Made by a program: the position numbers and the translations under genes
The notes under the pieces: model-generated
Seen by the model: the letters and a program-made list of their open reading frames with translations, nothing else
What the model was told of the DNA's origin: nothing
Databases searched by the model: none
Shown here: piece by piece, positions 23,801 to 35,200 of the stretch
Numbering within the stretch: position 1 is the first letter of the stretch
Layout of the letters: each line of letters starts with the position of its first letter
Assembly: GCA_036172245.1 (NCBI GenBank)
Contig: JAYWIR010000004.1
Location: 2,418,001 to 2,482,000, forward strand
Direction of reading: 5' to 3'
DNA length: 64,000 nt
Origin: Raillietiella orientalis
Taxonomy: Eukaryota

Positions 23801-26800
23801 TCTTGACAGTCTGGTGAGGTGACCATCAACTAGATCCACGGTACACGATGGAGGATCCGCACGAGGAGGGAGGAGAGGCTCCATTTGCACAACAGGAGAG
23901 TAACTCCGAAGAGCTCCTTGATTCACTGAAGACCTCGGAAGGTCAACTTCCAATCCCACCCAGTCAACGGGGGCATCCGCCTTCCGCCAGTGCCGCACCT
24001 GAAGCCAAACGAGGTCCACCAGCATCATTCTGTAGGGTGGGGACTCAAAACCCACACGACGCATCCCCCCTTTCTCAGGGTCGATCTTTCCCCCGGGCGG
24101 GATTCGAATCCTCTACTCTTGGTGCCACGTGACGACGCTGCAGCCACGCTGTCGCCCGCTGACGCGGGCACCTGTTCTTCGGGTTCAGCTCATGCTTCTC
24201 GCTACGGACGCCTGTAGCTCCGCACCAGCTGCAGGGTTCCTTTGGTGACGGGGTCCCGCGACATCCTCCGAGCTAGCAGCGAGGATGTTCCCTTTCTGGT
24301 GGCTTCCTTTGAGGGGAGGACCACGCGTCCGCATCGCCCTGGTGAAGGTGCCTACCAAACGCAAGCACAGTGAGCCTCAGCGGGGAGGGTGGCTCGCACC
24401 GAGCTAAGTTCAGCATCCCGGGAGAGCAGTTGACTCGAGCCCTGACCGAAGGACGACGACCCCAGAAGGGCGATCGCCTCGAGGAAAATAACACGCTGAC
24501 CTCGAACCATGAAGCAGCGGGAGCACGCGTCCGCGCGGACTCTCGCCCGTCGTTTTCTGGCGGAGGGAGGGCGCGCGGCAGGTGTTCAAGTGTCTGTGTG
24601 TGAGGAGTGTTCCTTCTTGGGGTGGGGACTTTGTCGGAACTATCCGGAACGCTGCGCTTTCTTCCTTGATATCCACGGATGGGAGATGCAACTGCGAATA
24701 AGCAAATATTTGCCTTGGCAACACTGGAAAATTCTGAACTGAGAGAGAAATCCTCCAACAAACCGTGCATTCACGATCGCCGATTCGAAAAGATGGAATA
24801 CGCTGCAGGGAAGCGGTGTCGGTGGGTCCAAAGATTACCAAAGATTGCTGAGATTTCAAGATTCTGCGAATCGTTCAAATTCTTTCTCCAATTTTTTTGT
24901 TCTTCTTTTCAAGTGAAAGTATAAGCAGATTTCATAGAGCTGAAATCATCCTGCCGTCCGGAATCATCGCATGGATCACGCGAACGTCTACTGCCCCTCT
25001 CGTGGAGAACTTGGGTTCTGTAGACTACCGGGATCCAGAGTGATCCAATCTCGTGCTGAGCCTTTCTATCGGAAACCCTTCCGAATTCCTGAAAAGGGAA
25101 AGGGATTTCATCACCTGCATCCGAAGCTGCTCTATTGTTAGGACCCACGCCTATCCACTTTGCAGCTCCGTCACAATGGATCTCCCTGATTCCGGCTAAA
25201 ATTCGCAACCTTCGCGCCGGAGGTGCGGAGTTCCACCAGCTGTTCGGCGCCGCCCCCAACGATCGTGGGGCTAGATCCATGAAGCCAGGGCAACGATCCT
25301 CGAGCGCTGTGCCGTCATTCCGGACGTGTTCTTTGGAGTTCTTTCCATGCTTCCAGGAGCGAGAGATCTTTCCAGCAAGCACAACGAATGGGTCCATCTT
25401 CACGCCACTTCCTGTCCCACGCTTCTTCGAACGCCTCGTTCGGATAGAGCCCACGCAGACCCGCAACGTTTCCTCGTTCGCTCACGCGGGCTCATCGCGC
25501 AAACTCTGCCTGCTTCTGCGGTATCCACGTCGCACGTAGCTTCCCAGGAAGAGGGAACTTTTTTTTTTTGTTTTTGGCTGGGATGCCTTTCGTGTACTCC
25601 GAAGGTTTTGATTTGAAGCTCCATGAGCCTCTCGCGAAGATTTACTTCCGCCGAGTGGCTTTCCTTCTTCGCGCGCGTGTGAACCAGCAGGAGCAGCTGG
25701 GAGTGCTTGCCTGTTTCTGCTGCATCTGGTTTTCCGACAGGAAGTGCGTTTCTCCTTCCTACTCTACATCCCTTACCTTTTCCCATTTAGCCCTCTGAGC
25801 TTCAGAGCAGGAACTGCGATCCTTTTCGGCAGACCGAGATGCCGAAATCTTTCCATCCTTTCAATCCTTCTGTGATTATGCATCCCAAGAGAATTCTAAA
25901 AATAGTTTTCAATTACATACAGTTTTCAATTTTCAAATTTCCCCTTTATTATCATTATTTTTTTACCTGAAACATCACTAACCTTTCAGCTGGCAACAGT
26001 GACCACGATGAAGCTGGATGCAATCATCTTTCATGGGGCAATGTTGCAGCCCGTAGAAACACATCGCAGGTGGGCTGCGAGTTGACGCTTTACCAGTGCG
26101 ACCGAGCATGAGCTGTTCAAGAGCATCAATCGGCACTTCACTCTTTCTTCTTAGGGTCCTCTTGCTCGGTGAGTCAGAGTTGCGGGTCCAGCTTCTGATG
26201 CTTGCTGTTCATATGCTCGGCGCTAATCTTCAGAGCGTGCCCCAGAAGAAAAGTCCAGGGACTCACAAAGCATTTTTGAAAAGATTCACGAAAAAGTGCA
26301 GAGATATATCTGATAGAACGAAATTCGAAAGAAGTACACTTTCCGTAATTCATTCCGTGTTCCTTCCTCTTCCCGCTCTCAGTTGCCGTTAGAAGACTTT
26401 TAGCAGAGCGGAGCTGCTTCCTCCTGATTTTATGGCCGTGATTAGCATTTTTGGTATTTTGCTCTAAGACGGATACTACTTTGGCTTTTTTTGCAGTTCC
26501 AAGATAGGTTGATCCGTATAGTTATGAATGCTGTACTGTACCTACGATGACTTTATCTCACCGATCTACCTCATTTCGCATTTACGCAATCAGCATGGGA
26601 ACCGTCATTGATTTGACGCCTCGATCTTCACTGGCCAAATGAACTAGAGGATCGTCACAAATTCGAAAGTGGATGTGTTTCAACCAGCTGTGGCTCACGA
26701 TTAATCAAACTAATCATTTCACTTGAGGCATCCGCAGGACCAAGTCCATGGCATTACGATCTGGTCATCTGAATCCTGCACACGATTCTTCTGTGCTACC

Positions 26801-28400
26801 AGAGACATCTCATTTGCTTCTTTCATGGAAAAATCATATCAGACAATCTGATGACGACTAGGGACAAGCAAAAGCTTGTTTTATCCCAAGACCACAACTT
26901 CACACGGAGATGCTGATGTTCGGATGACATCAGGAGTAATCGATTGTAGATGGAGATGTGTCGAAACATGCAGAACTGTTCAGCACGTGGCCAGTTGCAA
27001 AGAAGTCGGAAAGCTGTCACACTTGAAAAAGGTGGACTGATCCAAGGGTCCTTCCCCCATTCCAAAACTCCGACTCCTTCATTTGCTGAAGAAAGGCGGA
27101 TTACTATACGACAGCGGCCACTAGGCAGCTACTAGGACACCAGCAGTTGGCACGCCCATGAGGACAGGAAGATTCAGAGCCTTGATGAATGGATTCGGCC
27201 TCATGAAAACTTGTAAATGAAGGAACTCTGTTTTCCTCTGCTTATTGTGATGTGGTAGAGAAGCAGATTTAAAGATAGATGAGCTACAAATACACCAATT
27301 TCCAAGGGAGGAAAAAAAATGATTTCAATGATACAAAGATTTCAACCGAAAGGCAGCAGTGAGGTCAACGAACGTGTAAAAATCCAATGTGTGTAGCTGG
27401 GATTTCTGCAACTTTGAGTGCAATCCGTAAACAGATGCAAAAGGAAAGAAGATCCATGGATTTCAAGGTATTTGTTCAGAGAAAGGAAAGCAAAGCAAAA
27501 CAGACAACCAGGACAACCAGAATGCATAACATTTTGCTTGGTCTCCAAACCGCATTTCGTGTGCTGAAATTGGAGAAAAGAAGACCGGCACAAGATTTTT
27601 GCATCGACAACTTGGATATTTATGTGAATACTCAGTGTTCCAGATTACTCTATTTAGAAACTCATAGTAATCGTCCATTTTTAGGCTTTGGCTTCCTTAA
27701 TGACCGCAAACCGTCGGTCCCCTCTTTGTTGCAACTCGGTTCTTCTTCATCGCCGTAGGTTTCCCTGGACTTTCCGTGGTCCCTGGTCTGATCTCCATTT
27801 CCTTCCGCGGTGCCTTCTGTCGGCGAGGCTCGTCGCAGTCTCCTTGAGCGGTCAGGCGTTCCCGGGCGGACATGAGGCGTTGCTCGGCCGACGGCTCGCT
27901 TTCCGTGCTTCCCTCGGTCCGGTTCGGTCTTTTCTCGGTGTTGTCAGCGGCCTCACCCGTCGCCGCGGGCCCCACGACCTCACCCTTTCCCTTCCCCTCG
28001 ACCACCTGTGCACTCTGCCCTGCCTGATCGGGAGCATCGCCGAGGCCCAATCTGTTTCCCCTTCCTCTTGGAGAGAATTGGGCGTCTGGTCGCTCATTCC
28101 GCTCATCTGGACGAGTTCGTTCTTCCGTCTTCTGGAAAAGTTTGCCAGTCATCCGTCCGCCGAGGCCACACGCGTCCTCGGGCGGGACCACACGCGCGGA
28201 CACGAGTCGAGGAGGTGGATCCTCGGGGATCAGAATTCACCAGAATTTCCACTTTTATCCTCTGCCACATCTGGGAGCCGGAGCCACCGTCAAATTTTTT
28301 TTCTTGGTGCCGCGTGCGCTGTCCAGGAAAGCAGAGGATCACATCAGTGAGTCATCCTGTTGGGATGCAGTCGAATGGACCAAGGGCGGGGTGGAATTCG
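23800..28400 (-). mobile_element. Probable full-length decayed L1/Tx1-like LINE
   Basis: Charged ORF1-like tail at 27700-28200; SSEHQHLRVKL (SDH); LLLLVH..AEVNL..TFG; RERTRKRCGSAWAL (RGVRQGCPLSP); LRILAGI..W; PPSCTVDLVDGHL (zinc finger). Order and spacing match the expected layout. Confidence 0.55.
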
Positions 28401-28690
28401 AGTGGCGTCATGTTTACGTTGAGTTTTTATAGTATTTTATTATTCTGTTTTTCTTTACCAAAAAGGCATCTTAATTTCATTTAAAATAGTTATCGAACCT
28501 TGTTTCATAATACATATTCTTATCGAATAATTATTAATCTATGAAATATTTTATTTGATACCTCATGTTAACATAATATTTATAACAACATCTTGAGAGT
28601 TTTAGAAGAATAAGTAATATGATACCCTCAATGTTTAGATTAATAATACATAATTAATGATCTATAGTATAATAAGGACATATAAATGAA

Positions 28691-29055
28691 ACAATAAAAC
28701 TAAAATTTTTATAGAATTCGAGAAATCTGAATTTATAAATCTATCTATCTATATATATATGCATTACATATTCCATATATATATACATATATATGTATGT
28801 ATGAACGAATCGAAAGATACTGAGGTATTATAACATCTTTCTCCGCGAAGAAATCTCCATTTACATACACACATATATGTGTATATGTACATCTAAGTTT
28901 GTAAATTTTTTTCATGAAGATATCTTCATATATATTCTAAGGGTAGAAAGATACTATGCATATATATATATACAGCGTAGATGCATTTATCTATATCTAT
29001 AGATAGGGTATAAATTAAAATTTCTCGAATTCTATAGAAATCTTAGTTTTATTGT
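28691..29055. mobile_element. AT-rich MITE/foldback-like element with long imperfect terminal inverted repeats
   Basis: ACAATAAAACTAAAATTTTTATAGAATTCGAGAAAT... at 28691 matches the reverse complement of ...ATTTCTCGAATTCTATAGAAATCTTAGTTTTATTGT ending at 29055. The arms extend into TA-rich repeats. Confidence 0.75.
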
Positions 29056-29059
29056 AACA

Positions 29060-29900
29060 GCATATGCTGTTCTTTATATAAACATATATGGAGGGGATAT
29101 CCTCGTGGGGAAAGACGCTGCTGTTTCCAAGGGTGTGAGCGGCGGACTTGACTCTGGACATCGCGAATACAAAGGAAGGATCGTCTACAGATTTTGCCAG
29201 CTGGAGTCAAGGATACGATTGGATGTTTCACCAATCTGTTAATCCAGCGAGCAGCAACCGATGTCCAACGAAAGGGAAAGGGGACTTTGGCAGCGATATA
29301 ATGCACGGTGTTCTTTGCCTGCTCTGAAGGTGTAGGGCCGGAACACCTCAAAGGCTGACACGAAGGCGTTTCAGTCCCTGACGCTGTACGAAGAAGGTCT
29401 TGCACGAAGAGCAGGTCCAACAGCAGCTCCCACGAGAGGAGCACTTTTGCGGAGGGGAATGCAGCTGCCAGTGGACCGATGTTATGCGTGCCATCCAATG
29501 CTCTTGGAGGCACTGGTATCTGATGTTAAATGGGGACGCCAGCTCTCATAGTGACCCTGAGACTTGCTACGAACCCTGGGGTCGTCTGCTCCGCCTGTTG
29601 AGTGAACGAAGGAGATGTCATCTGGAAAAAAATGCTAACTGCGCCGACTGAAAGTAGGAGAGGGAAGCGCAGTGACGTGTGGGAGGCATCTCCATCGCAG
29701 AAGAAACTGATGGGATCCGCTGAGGGAAAGGCACACGACGTCTTCCGGTGAAATCGTGAAAGCCTGGGAGTCATCAGACAAGCCAGTGACTGCAGCCCCA
29801 TTATGACCGCCTTACTGACCCAGCTGCTGGTCCGAAAAACGGAAATCTCAGAAACCAATCTAGGGATCAGACTGCCATTTCAATCTTTTGCCCCGGGGAA
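29060..29900 (-). mobile_element. Possible decayed LINE 3' region
   Basis: QKCSSRG/ELLLDLLFV resembles C..CG..E..HLLF.C across a frameshift. Confidence 0.3.
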
Positions 29901-30599
29901 GCGATTCATTTTTTGTTGTTGCCGCTCTTGGGATGGACGCCATCTGGTCATGTGAGAGGGGGAAGGGAGAGGATACAGGAAAAAGAGGAAGGGGTGGCGG
30001 GTGGGAATCTGGTCCTACCGGAGGAGGCGCTCTTAAAACTCATAAGCTCCAAACAGATCTCTGCTGAGAGGGGGGTTGGGGAGAATCCCTTCTTCCTCCT
30101 CCTCCTCCCCTGCTTCATTTCGTTTTCCCATTTCATCCTTCCCAGCCGTTGCGCATCCCGAGGATTCCGTCAATGGAATTTTGGAGGCCGCTCTTTCGAA
30201 CTCGCGGCGGCCGCGCAGTTTGCTTTAGGTCCATTTCTGACTAGTCGGGTCAGCAGGCGCTTTCGACCACTTGCACATGGACGAAAGAGTCGAATCTTCC
30301 AGCCACTTGGCAACCAGGAGGGAAGAGGGGGGAAAAGAATTCCTTTCCCGATTTTATTCCATCCTTTCCTTCTCTTATCAAAGTGCTTCTGCATCCCGGA
30401 TCGTCGGACTGGAGGTCGCAATCCTCCATCTCCCTGAGGCGCCGCAAACTCTCTCTGAAGCGAGGTGCTCCTGCGTGTCGCGGGGAAGAGGAAGAGGGGT
30501 TTCTACGGAGACTATCTCCTTGCCGGCCATGAGGAGCGGGAGGAAGGACCCAGGCGCTTGGAGGATCCCTGGACCGCCTGTCCGCTCCAGGTTCTTCGT

Positions 30600-31350
30600 C
30601 TGGGTGTGGTGACCCTGCCTCTCCGTGACCCACGTTTTCGCTCCCTCTCTTCTTCGGGACGTCCCATTTCTCTGCTCGCGGGTCTCCGGACAAACCGCCG
30701 AGAGGGAGCTCTTCCCCCTTACCCATTCTCCCGCTTCAGCTTCGGCGCGAGTCTTCCCTCCCTGGACGCGCGCCTTCTTTCCCCCTTCTCCCCTTGAGGC
30801 GGGGGAAGAGACGGCATCTGGGTGGATCCAGTCGGGGCCCTCTGTGGACGTCCCCGCCGGGGAAGCGAGGAGCGTCTCAGTCAAGGTGATTCGGATCCCC
30901 GCTGCCCTCGAGAGGGACCTCTGGCGTTTGATGCAGAACCCTATGGGGGCGACGGATGGAGGCTCCCTTCTCTCCCCATCCCAAATTCCTGGGTTTCTCC
31001 CGAGAAACAGCGCGCTCCTGTTTCGCTTGCTCCCTGGACCGGAGGATGGCAGCGGAGGGAGAGCAGCCTCGTTTCTACGGGTAACGCCTTGGCCTGCCAT
31101 TTCCTTTTTGTCGTGCCCGCGAGGAGCGCCCATCAGAGCTCCGGCTAGGAGGGAGATGAAGGGAGCTGCTCCTTCGATCCTGCAGCCGCTTCCAGGGAGG
31201 AGGAGAGAAGAGGAGGAGGAGGGGAAAAGCATAAAGAGAGAGATCATGACAACGAAGGGCTGCAGCGTCGAAGGGAAAAGAAGGTCCTCTAGGGTGGGGG
31301 AGGAAGGGAAGAGGGAAGAGAAGGAAGCAAGGAAGCGGTGCTAACTCTTC
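30600..31350 (+). mobile_element. Decayed Tx1-like ORF1 (gag-like) remnant
   Basis: SVSVKVIRIPAALERDL..NPMG, then a frameshifted knuckle PFCRAR/SAHQSSG*, then a charged tail. Confidence 0.45.
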
Positions 31351-32256
31351 CCCACTCTGCCGTACTTCACCTCCCTGAAAGCCGCCGCCATCCTTCCGGC
31401 TACTCTCGAGATGGAAGCATCCTTCTACGGGATCGCTCTCCTTGCCCCAGCTCTGGAATGCTGAGCTTCCCCATCCATCCGTTCGCAGTATTCCCGCGCA
31501 GGGAGCGCTTTCTCTTCCACTTACCATCCCTCCTTTTTCTCTGCGCTCATATCCTGCGCCTATGCTCCCAAGCCCTCCCTTACCGCACTCGTTCACGCCT
31601 TTTGCCATCCGTCGTCGGAAACCGACAGCTGGATGCCCTCTAGACCGGCTGCTTCTCCTTGAAACCCTCGCGTCCACTCGCGATTCGGATTGTCGCTCGC
31701 CGTTCTTGAAGCGTAGGCCGGAAGGGGAGCTGACGAAGCGTTGTCAGGAGACCGGCTCTTCTCAGGGCTCCCCGCGTGCACTTCCTCTCCTCTCGCCTCT
31801 CTTCCGTCGTTCTCGTTGTCGACCCTTGGCTGTTCGGTGCAGGGGATGCGGGATGGGAGCAGAAGGGGAGCCAGGGATGCACCCTCCTCCGCTGGAAACG
31901 AGAACAAAGAAACGAGAACAACCAGAACAGAAGGAGCCGACGGGAGATGCGGAGGGGGTCGGAAGCGCGCGCACTCTTCCTCCTCTGGAGCGCGTCCCCG
32001 CGGGAAGGGGGAGGGAGGCAACGACGGCAGATCCTTTTCTCCCTCCTCCTTCCTGCCAGACCCCCTCCCCCTCCATGACGCGGCGGAGGTCGCTCGCCGT
32101 CGTTCCGCGCGCGCGCACGACGAAGACAGCGGCGGCGGCAGTGTTGTCCGCTCGCCAGAGGCGCCGCCGCTGCCATGCGGGCGGGCGGGTTCGGAGAGGG
32201 CGGGCGGCTCGCTGCCGCTTCCTCTCCGACCAGTCGCCTCTCGGACATCTGGAGGG

Positions 32257-35200
32257 ATGGACCCGTCACGGCGCCACCCGCGCGCCGCCACCGTCCGCGT
32301 GCTCCTCCTCCTTCCTCCCCTCCTCCCCCTCCCCCTCCCCCTCCCTTTCCTCCTCCCCTCCCTGCTGCTCCTCGCCCCGCTGCCGCTGCAGAGAGGCAGC
32401 TTGGCGCTGCTGGCCGTACCCTCCATAAAGAACTTCATTCATGACCTCGAAAAGACCGCCACGCTGGTGCAGGACCTCTCCATCCCTTTCCTGGACATCA
32501 CGAAAAGTGAGTAGGGGCGCGCCACCGGGGGGTGGGGTCCGTCCAGTACTTCCCGTTTCTCCTTCGAGTTTCCCTTCCTACTCTCCCCTCCTCCACCCTG
32601 CGCTTCCCCTTTTCCCCGACCCTCGTTCGGGATCGCAGTCAGTTCCCCGTGAAGACCGCCCTTCCCCACCGGCCTGGGTTTTCGCCCCACCCCAATGAGG
32701 TCGGGATCTCTACTTCCCGTCCTTCCGGTTCGAACCTTCCGGCGGCTCACGGAGAGAGTCGCTCTCGGGGCCCCCTTTCTCCTGGTCCCCCTCTTTCCTT
32801 CCCCTTCTCCTCCTCCCGGACGCACCGTCGCGCTCGGGTCCTTCTCCTGCGGGAGGGTGACGCCACCTCACGTGCTCGTTGTCCCAGCTTCTTCCTGGAC
32901 GGGGAAGGGAGGGGAGGGGGAAGAGGAACAACGGAGTGGGCCCTGGGCCCGGTGCGCATCGTGTGACGATGCCCCCTCCTTTCCAGGTGGGGAGGTCAGG
33001 AGACAGTGCTACAACGAGCTAGGATGTCTGGAGCTGGACGACGACTGGTACGACCTAACCCACAGACCGGTCAACCTGTTCCCTATCCAGCGGGAGGTCC
33101 TCAACACCCAGTTCCACCTGTACACGCGGAGGAACCTCCTGAAGCCGGAGCTGCTGGTCGCCGGCGACAACGGCACTTTCGCGCGGTCCGAATTCCGCGG
33201 TGGCCTGCCGATCTTCTTCATCGTGCACGGATTCCTGGACCACGGGAAGGTGTCCTGGATACTGGTACCTGTCAGATTCTTCCGCGTTCCTCCTACTCCG
33301 GGAGCGAGAGGACGGGGAGGGAGATCCGTCCCTCCCCTTCCTTCCTTCGCAGGGAGGGAGGGAGGAAGGGGGGGACGTCGCCGGAGGTCACGTGAGTTTC
33401 GTCCTTGCGACCGAGCGCGCAGGAGAGAGGTCGACCTCGCACGCCGCGCCCTGAGTCGTCCTCAGGGGTCGGAGGACCGAGCGGTTAGGGCATGCCCTCA
33501 GATTCCTAGGGACCGAAGGGCTTTGTCACCCTGAAGGTCCCATGAGGTACATCAGGGTCGCATAGTGAAAGTCGACCGCGACGGGCCGTGCGTAGGGTTG
33601 CTACGGAGATACGGCGCGGCATTCGTCCGAGGCAACTCGTTCCTCTTTTCGTCTCCACACCGTTCCTGCCACCACCATCGCCGCCACCGCACGTCCCTTG
33701 CCTTTTGTCCTCCTTCCCCCTTCCTCCGTTCTGACCCACGTTCACGCACCTCGAAATCATCGGGTGACCAACCTTGACCTGAACTCTCCTCCGGACTCTC
33801 TCCATGGAGCTCAAAAACAAAACAAAGCCAACAAAAAAAGGAAAGAAAGAAAGAAGGAAGCTTGCGGAGGCTGAGCGAACGAATCCGCGGACCGATGGCG
33901 GAGGAGGCTGCTCTCTGGGGCTAAGCGACAGGGAGTGTGCGCGTCAGAGGATGACCGCTCCAGTTTTCCGCGCCCGCAGATGCCGCCTCTGGCTTCTGCG
34001 CTTCGGTCCGGAGGCGGAACGAACCGATAGAGAGAGAGAAAATCTCAAACCGTAGCGGCACGGCTCCTCGTGCCCGATGTGGTGGGGCGCTGCGTGCGCA
34101 CGCGAGAGGATGTAGGGAGGGGAGGAAACTTCCCCGTTCTCGACTGACCAGCCTGGATGCGGGAGCCTTGCGCGCTCTTCTCTCCCCATCACCGCCGCCG
34201 CCGGTTCTGCCGTCGCAGTCTCGGCCGCGCATATCCCTGCCGCCGACTCTGCCGGTCTTGGCATCGCTCGCCATCTGCCGAGATCCTCCCTCCCCCTCCT
34301 TTTCGCAGTTGCTGCCGGCCTCATCGTTCTTGGAGGAGACCGGGGGCGTCTCGCGCGCGCCACGGGTCTCAGGGTCCGCTTCCCCTTCTCTTCTGTGGAC
34401 GCGGCTAAAAGAAAGCGAGGTCCTCCCGCCTGCTCTTTATCGGAGAGGTAGGAGGCGGGCGGGAAGGCTTCTTGGGCAAGAGGGAAGCTCCTGAAAAGGA
34501 GCTGCCGGGACTCCTGCCGCTGTGCACCGTGGTGCATGCAGCCGTGGCGCCCCACGGCCGAGGTCAACCGAGTCTCATTGCTGCGAAAGGGGGGGGGGAG
34601 GGGGAGGGCCTCTCCACCGCTCAGGACCACGTGCCACGTGCAGCTGGGACCACGAGAGATCCTGCTCCTCCCTTTGAGCGTCGATCTTCTTCGGCCTCAG
34701 CTCCACCGATGCTCGCATGGGGAAGTCCGCGCCAGCACGTGAACTTCTGAGCGTGCTGGCGCGGCGGGACACGCGCTCCAGGAAGAGGGCGGTGCCGCGC
34801 GTTTCTCTTCTGGGGCGCGCGGATGGCGTCCCTCGCGAGCAACCTGCTCCTAGATCCTTCTCGCGTCTTCCGACTGACGCACGTCCCTGGGCAAGACGCG
34901 TGGGAATGACTGCCGGCGAATCGTCCCACCTGACGCTCGGTGCCCCCTGGGCACGTGGCTTCCCGTCCGCCCTTCCCTCGGCCCTAAACATCCGGAGCAC
35001 GTGGCAAAGGAGCGACTGCTCCTTTGCCACGTGCTCGGAAGACGCCCGTCGGGTTTCGCTGCGCGGGGGCGTGAGGCTGCGCAGAGAACCTCGCCGACTT
35101 CACCACATCCGCTCGTTCGGTCGGCGCCGGCTACCTCCATCCTCCGCGATGCTCCTTCCCTGCTGCGAAGGTTCCTCCCGATGGGTTGCTACTGGATCGC

